Assembly: GCA_052327205.1 (NCBI GenBank) | Contig: CM126207.1 | Location: 54,498,001 to 54,562,000, forward strand | From: Somniosus microcephalus | Lineage: Eukaryota | Reading direction: 5' to 3' | Length of the DNA stretch: 64,000 nucleotides | In this document: one piece after another, positions 60,137-64,000 of the stretch | Layout: every line of letters starts with the position of its first letter | Position numbering within the stretch: the stretch's first letter is position 1 | Made by a program: the position numbers and the translations under genes | Notes under the pieces: model-generated | Databases searched by the model: none | Told to the model about the DNA's origin: nothing | Seen by the model: the letters and a program-made list of their open reading frames with translations, nothing else

Positions 60137-61201
60137 TCCCTCTGCAACTGGACCCTGGACTTCCTAACAAACAGACCCCAGTCTGTCAAATTAGGTAACC
60201 ACACCTCCCCCCCCCGACCCTGAACACGGGGGCCCCACAAGGATGTGTGCTGAGCCCCCTCCTCTACTCCCTCTTCACCCACGACTGTGTGGCTGTTAAT
60301 GGTTCCAACACCATCATCAAGTTTGCAGATGACACCACGGTAGTAGGCCAGATCACCAACAACGATGAGTCAGCCTACAGGGAGGAGGTCCAGCATCTCG
60401 TGAAGTGGTGCGCCGACAACAACCTGGCCCTTAACACCAAGAAAACAAAGGAAATAATCGTGGACTTCAGGAAGTCCAAAGGCGGAAGTCACACCCCCAT
60501 CCACATCAATGGGGCGGAGGTGGAAAGGGTGGCCAGCTTTAAGTTCCTCGGAGTCCACATCACGGAAGACCTCTCCTGGTCCCTCAACACCTCCTCTCTG
60601 GTGAAGAAGGCCCAGCAGCGCCTATATTTCTTGAGGAGGCTGAAGGGATGTAATCTGTCACCCCCGATCCTCTCTAACTTCTACCGCTGCACTATAGAGA
60701 GCATCCTGACAAACTATCACGGTATGGTACGGCAGCTGTAGCTCCCATGACCGGAAAGCCCTGCAGCGGGTAGTCAAAACTGCCCAACGCATTACCGGCA
60801 CCCGGCTACCGACCATAGAACATATATATCAGAAACGCTGCCTACGGAGGGCACGGTCCAGCATCAAAGACCCTACTCACCCCAGCCACAGTCTGTTCAC
60901 CCTCCTACCATCTGGAAGACGCTACAGATGCAGTCGCACCCGTACGACCAGATTTAGGAACAGCTTCTTTCCCAGGGCTGTCATCCTACTGAACTCCACA
61001 AATAAACACTAAAGCCTGCACATCTGCCGATGCACTTTATTATGGTCATATTTATGCTAATATATATGTACAAATGTATGTTGAAATGTTTAAGTGTCCT
61101 AATCCAAATTGTACACTCTCGGGAGCCGCAAGCCTACATTTTGTTGCACTGCACTTGTGCACTAACAATGACAATAAAAGTTGATTTGATTTGATTTGAT
61201 T
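60137..61201 (+). mobile_element. 5'-truncated Rex1/Babar-type LINE
   Basis: GAPQGCVLSPLLYSLFTHDC, IIKFADDTTVVG, KTKEIIVDFRK, FKFLGVHI, KKAQQRLYFLRRL; tail AATAAAA then (GATTT)n. Confidence 0.88.
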
Positions 61202-62046
61202 TGTTGGAGATGGTCATTGCCTGGCCCAACCTGGCAGCTATGTCCTATAGGACTCTGCCAACTCGATCAGCTGTGTTGCTACCAAGCCACTCTTGGTGGT
61301 GGACATTGAAGTTACCCACCCAGAGTACATTCTGCGTCCTTGCTACTCTCAGTGCTTCTTCCAAGTGATGTTCAACATGGAGGAGTACTGATTCATCAGC
61401 TGAGGGAGGGCCCGTAGGTGATCATGAGCAGGAGGTTTCCTTGCCCATGTTTGACCAGATGCCATGAGATTTCATGGGGTTTGGAGTCAATGTTGAGGAC
61501 TCCCAGGGCCACTCCTTCCTGACTGTATACCACTGTGCCGCCACCTCTAGTGGGCCTGTCCTGCTGGTGGGACAGGACATACCCAGGGATGGTGATGGAG
61601 GATTCTGGGACGTTGGCTGAAAGGTATGATTCTGTGAGTATGACTATGTCAGGCTGTTGCTTGACTAGTCTGTGAGACAGCTCTCCCAATTTTGGCACAA
61701 GTCCCCAGATGTTAATGAGGAGGACTTTGAAAGGTTGACTATTAAAATTATCCAAGTGTAACAGTAGATTTTAAACAGTTCATTTCAACATATAAGGGAT
61801 TATTGTAACCCTGCCCACCCAGTGGAAACAGGGCAGGTGGGCAATTAACATCGCCCATGGGACTTACCCACCAAGGTTCCTGTTTCTTCCCACAAATTCC
61901 GATTTTAAGCTTCTGAGCAGGCGGTATGGACACCTGCTGTTAACTAGTGCCGTCCTTCTTTACATATGTGGTTTCGGGTCCGATGATGTCATCAGGGCCT
62001 GACTGCTATTTTAACCAGAGACCTGTGTAGGAAGACATGATGGCTT

Positions 62047-64000
62047 TCATAAGAACATAAGAACATAAGAAATAGGAGCAGGAGTAGGCCAATCGGCCCC
62101 TCGAGCCTGCTCCGCCATTCAATAAGATCATGGCTGATCTGATCCTAACCGCCAATCTACTATCACAGAACCATCTCCTGATTCTAACAGAATTAGACAC
62201 ACGCAATAGGAGCAGGATCAGGCTACATGGCCCCTGGGCCCGCTCCGCTACCCACAGGGCCATGTCCGATCCGAACCTAGACTCATGTCCAAATTCCTGC
62301 CCGCTCCCCGTAACCCTTAATTCCCTTTACTTCTAGGAAACTGTCTATTTCTGTTTTAAATTTATGTAATGATGTAGCTTCCACAGCTTTTTGGGGCAGC
62401 ATATTCCATGGACCTACCACCCTCTGAGTGAAGTAGTTCCTCCTCATCTCAGTTTTGAAAGAGCAGCCCCTTATTCTACGACTATGCCCCCTAGTTCTAG
62501 TTTCACCCATCATCGGGAACATCCTCCCCGCATCCACCCGATCCAACCCCTTCACAATCTTATATGTTTCAATAAGATCGCCTCTCATTCTTCTGAACTC
62601 CAATGAGTAGAGTCCCAATCTACTCAACCTCTCCTCATATGTCCATCCCCTCATCCCCGGGATTAACCGAGTGAACCTTCTTTGTACTGACTTGAGAGCA
62701 AGTATGTCTTCTTAAGTATGGACACCAAAACTGTATGCAGTATTCCAGGTGCGGTCTCACAAATACCTTGTACAACTGAAGCAATACCTCCCTATTTTTA
62801 TATTCTATCCCCTTAGCAATGAAAGCCAACATTCCATTGGCCTTCTTAATCACTTGCTGCACCTGCATACTAACCTTTTGAGTTTCGTGCACCAGGACCC
62901 CCAGATCCCTTTGTACTTCAGTACTTTCCAGTTTCTTGCCATTAAGATAATAACTTGCTCTACGATTTTTCCTGCCAAAGTGCATAACCTCACACTTTCC
63001 AGTATTGTATTCCATCTGCCAAATCTCTGCCCACTTACTTAGCCTGTCTATGTCCCCTTGCAGGTTTTTTATGTCCTCCTCACTCACTACTTTCCCTCCC
63101 ATCTTAGTATCATCTGCAAACTTTGATATGTTACACTCGGTCCCCTCCTCCAAATCGTTAATATAGATTGTAAAGAGTTGGGGACCCAGCACTGACCCCT
63201 GCGGAACACCACTAGTTACTGATTGCCAGTCTGAGAATGAACCATTTATCCCAACTCTCTGCCTTCTGTTAGATAGCCAATCCTCTCTCCATGCCAGAAT
63301 ATTACCCCCAATCCCGTGATTTTTTATCTTAAGCAATAATCTTTTGTGTGGCACCTTGTCAAATGCCTTTTGGAAGTCTAAATACACTACGTCCACTGGT
63401 TCCCCTTTATCCACCCTGTATGTTACTTCCTCAAAGAACTCCAGCAAATTTGTCAAACATGACTTCCCCTTCATAAAACCATGCTGACTTTGTCCTATTA
63501 AATTATGATTATCCAAATGTCCTGTTACTGTCTCCTTAATAATGGACTCCAATATTTTACCTACCACAGATATTAGGCTAACCGGCCTATAGTTTCCAGC
63601 CTTCTGTCTACTGCCCTTTTTAAATAAGGGTGTTACATTAGCAGTTTTCCAGTCTGCCGGGACCTTTGCCGAGTCCAGGGAGTTTTGGAAAATTATTACC
63701 AATGCATCCACAATCTCTACCGCCACTTCCCTCAAGACCCTTGGATGTAAGCCATCAGGTCCAGGTGATTTATCTGCCTTGAGTCCCATTATTTTACCGA
63801 GTACCACTTCCTTCGTGATTTTGGTCGTGCTTAGCTCCTCCCCCCCCATAGCCCCCTGTTTGTCCAGTGTTGGGATATTCTTAGTGTCCTCTACTGTAAA
63901 GACTGATACAAAATATTCATTCAGTGTTTTTGCCATCTCCATATTTCCCACCATTAATTTCCCAGTCTCATCCTCTAAGGGACCAACATTTACTTCAGCC
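62047..64000 (-). mobile_element. CR1/HER1-like LINE (RT to 3' end), continuing beyond the window
   Basis: ORF 62635-63954 has [24 protein letters not shown] and KFADD; frameshift near 62700; tail (TTCTTATG)n. Confidence 0.93.

Larger units (their letters stand above)
55125..61755 (-). mobile_element. Degraded CR1/L2-group LINE hosting the Gypsy and Rex1 insertions
   Basis: Endonuclease QQPDIVILTESYL...IPGY...DRPTRGGG (61396-61755) and ORF2 C-terminal remnants at 55277-55720; sequence is continuous across the insertions. Confidence 0.7.

Overview
This is eukaryotic, repeat-dominated DNA, almost certainly from a cartilaginous fish: it carries SacSINE1/DeuSINE-like and HE1/V-SINE-like SINEs and HER1/CR1-type LINE 3' tails. 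No intact host gene could be recognised. The window is a deeply nested stack of transposons: CR1, L2, Rex1 and Tx1 LINEs, Gypsy LTR elements, four two-gene PIF/Harbinger transposons and many MITEs. Four observations stand out. (1) A young LTR element (36405-45716, LTRs 255/256 identical) has no RT or integrase. Once a nested Harbinger is removed, its single ORF is an uninterrupted 960-aa protein: Gag, zinc knuckles and protease fused to apparently host-captured ANKRD24-like coiled-coil and DNAJC21-like zinc-finger sequence. (2) A Gypsy element (55724-60024) has no tRNA primer-binding site; that position is instead a perfect 14-nt complement of its own LTR poly(A)-signal region, suggesting self-priming. 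(3) A full-length Tx1 LINE sits inside a solo LTR with a 15-bp TSD and no poly(A) tail. (4) A near-intact, very recent Harbinger has one catalytic Asp changed to Gly. Family and protein similarities are from recalled motifs, not database searches.
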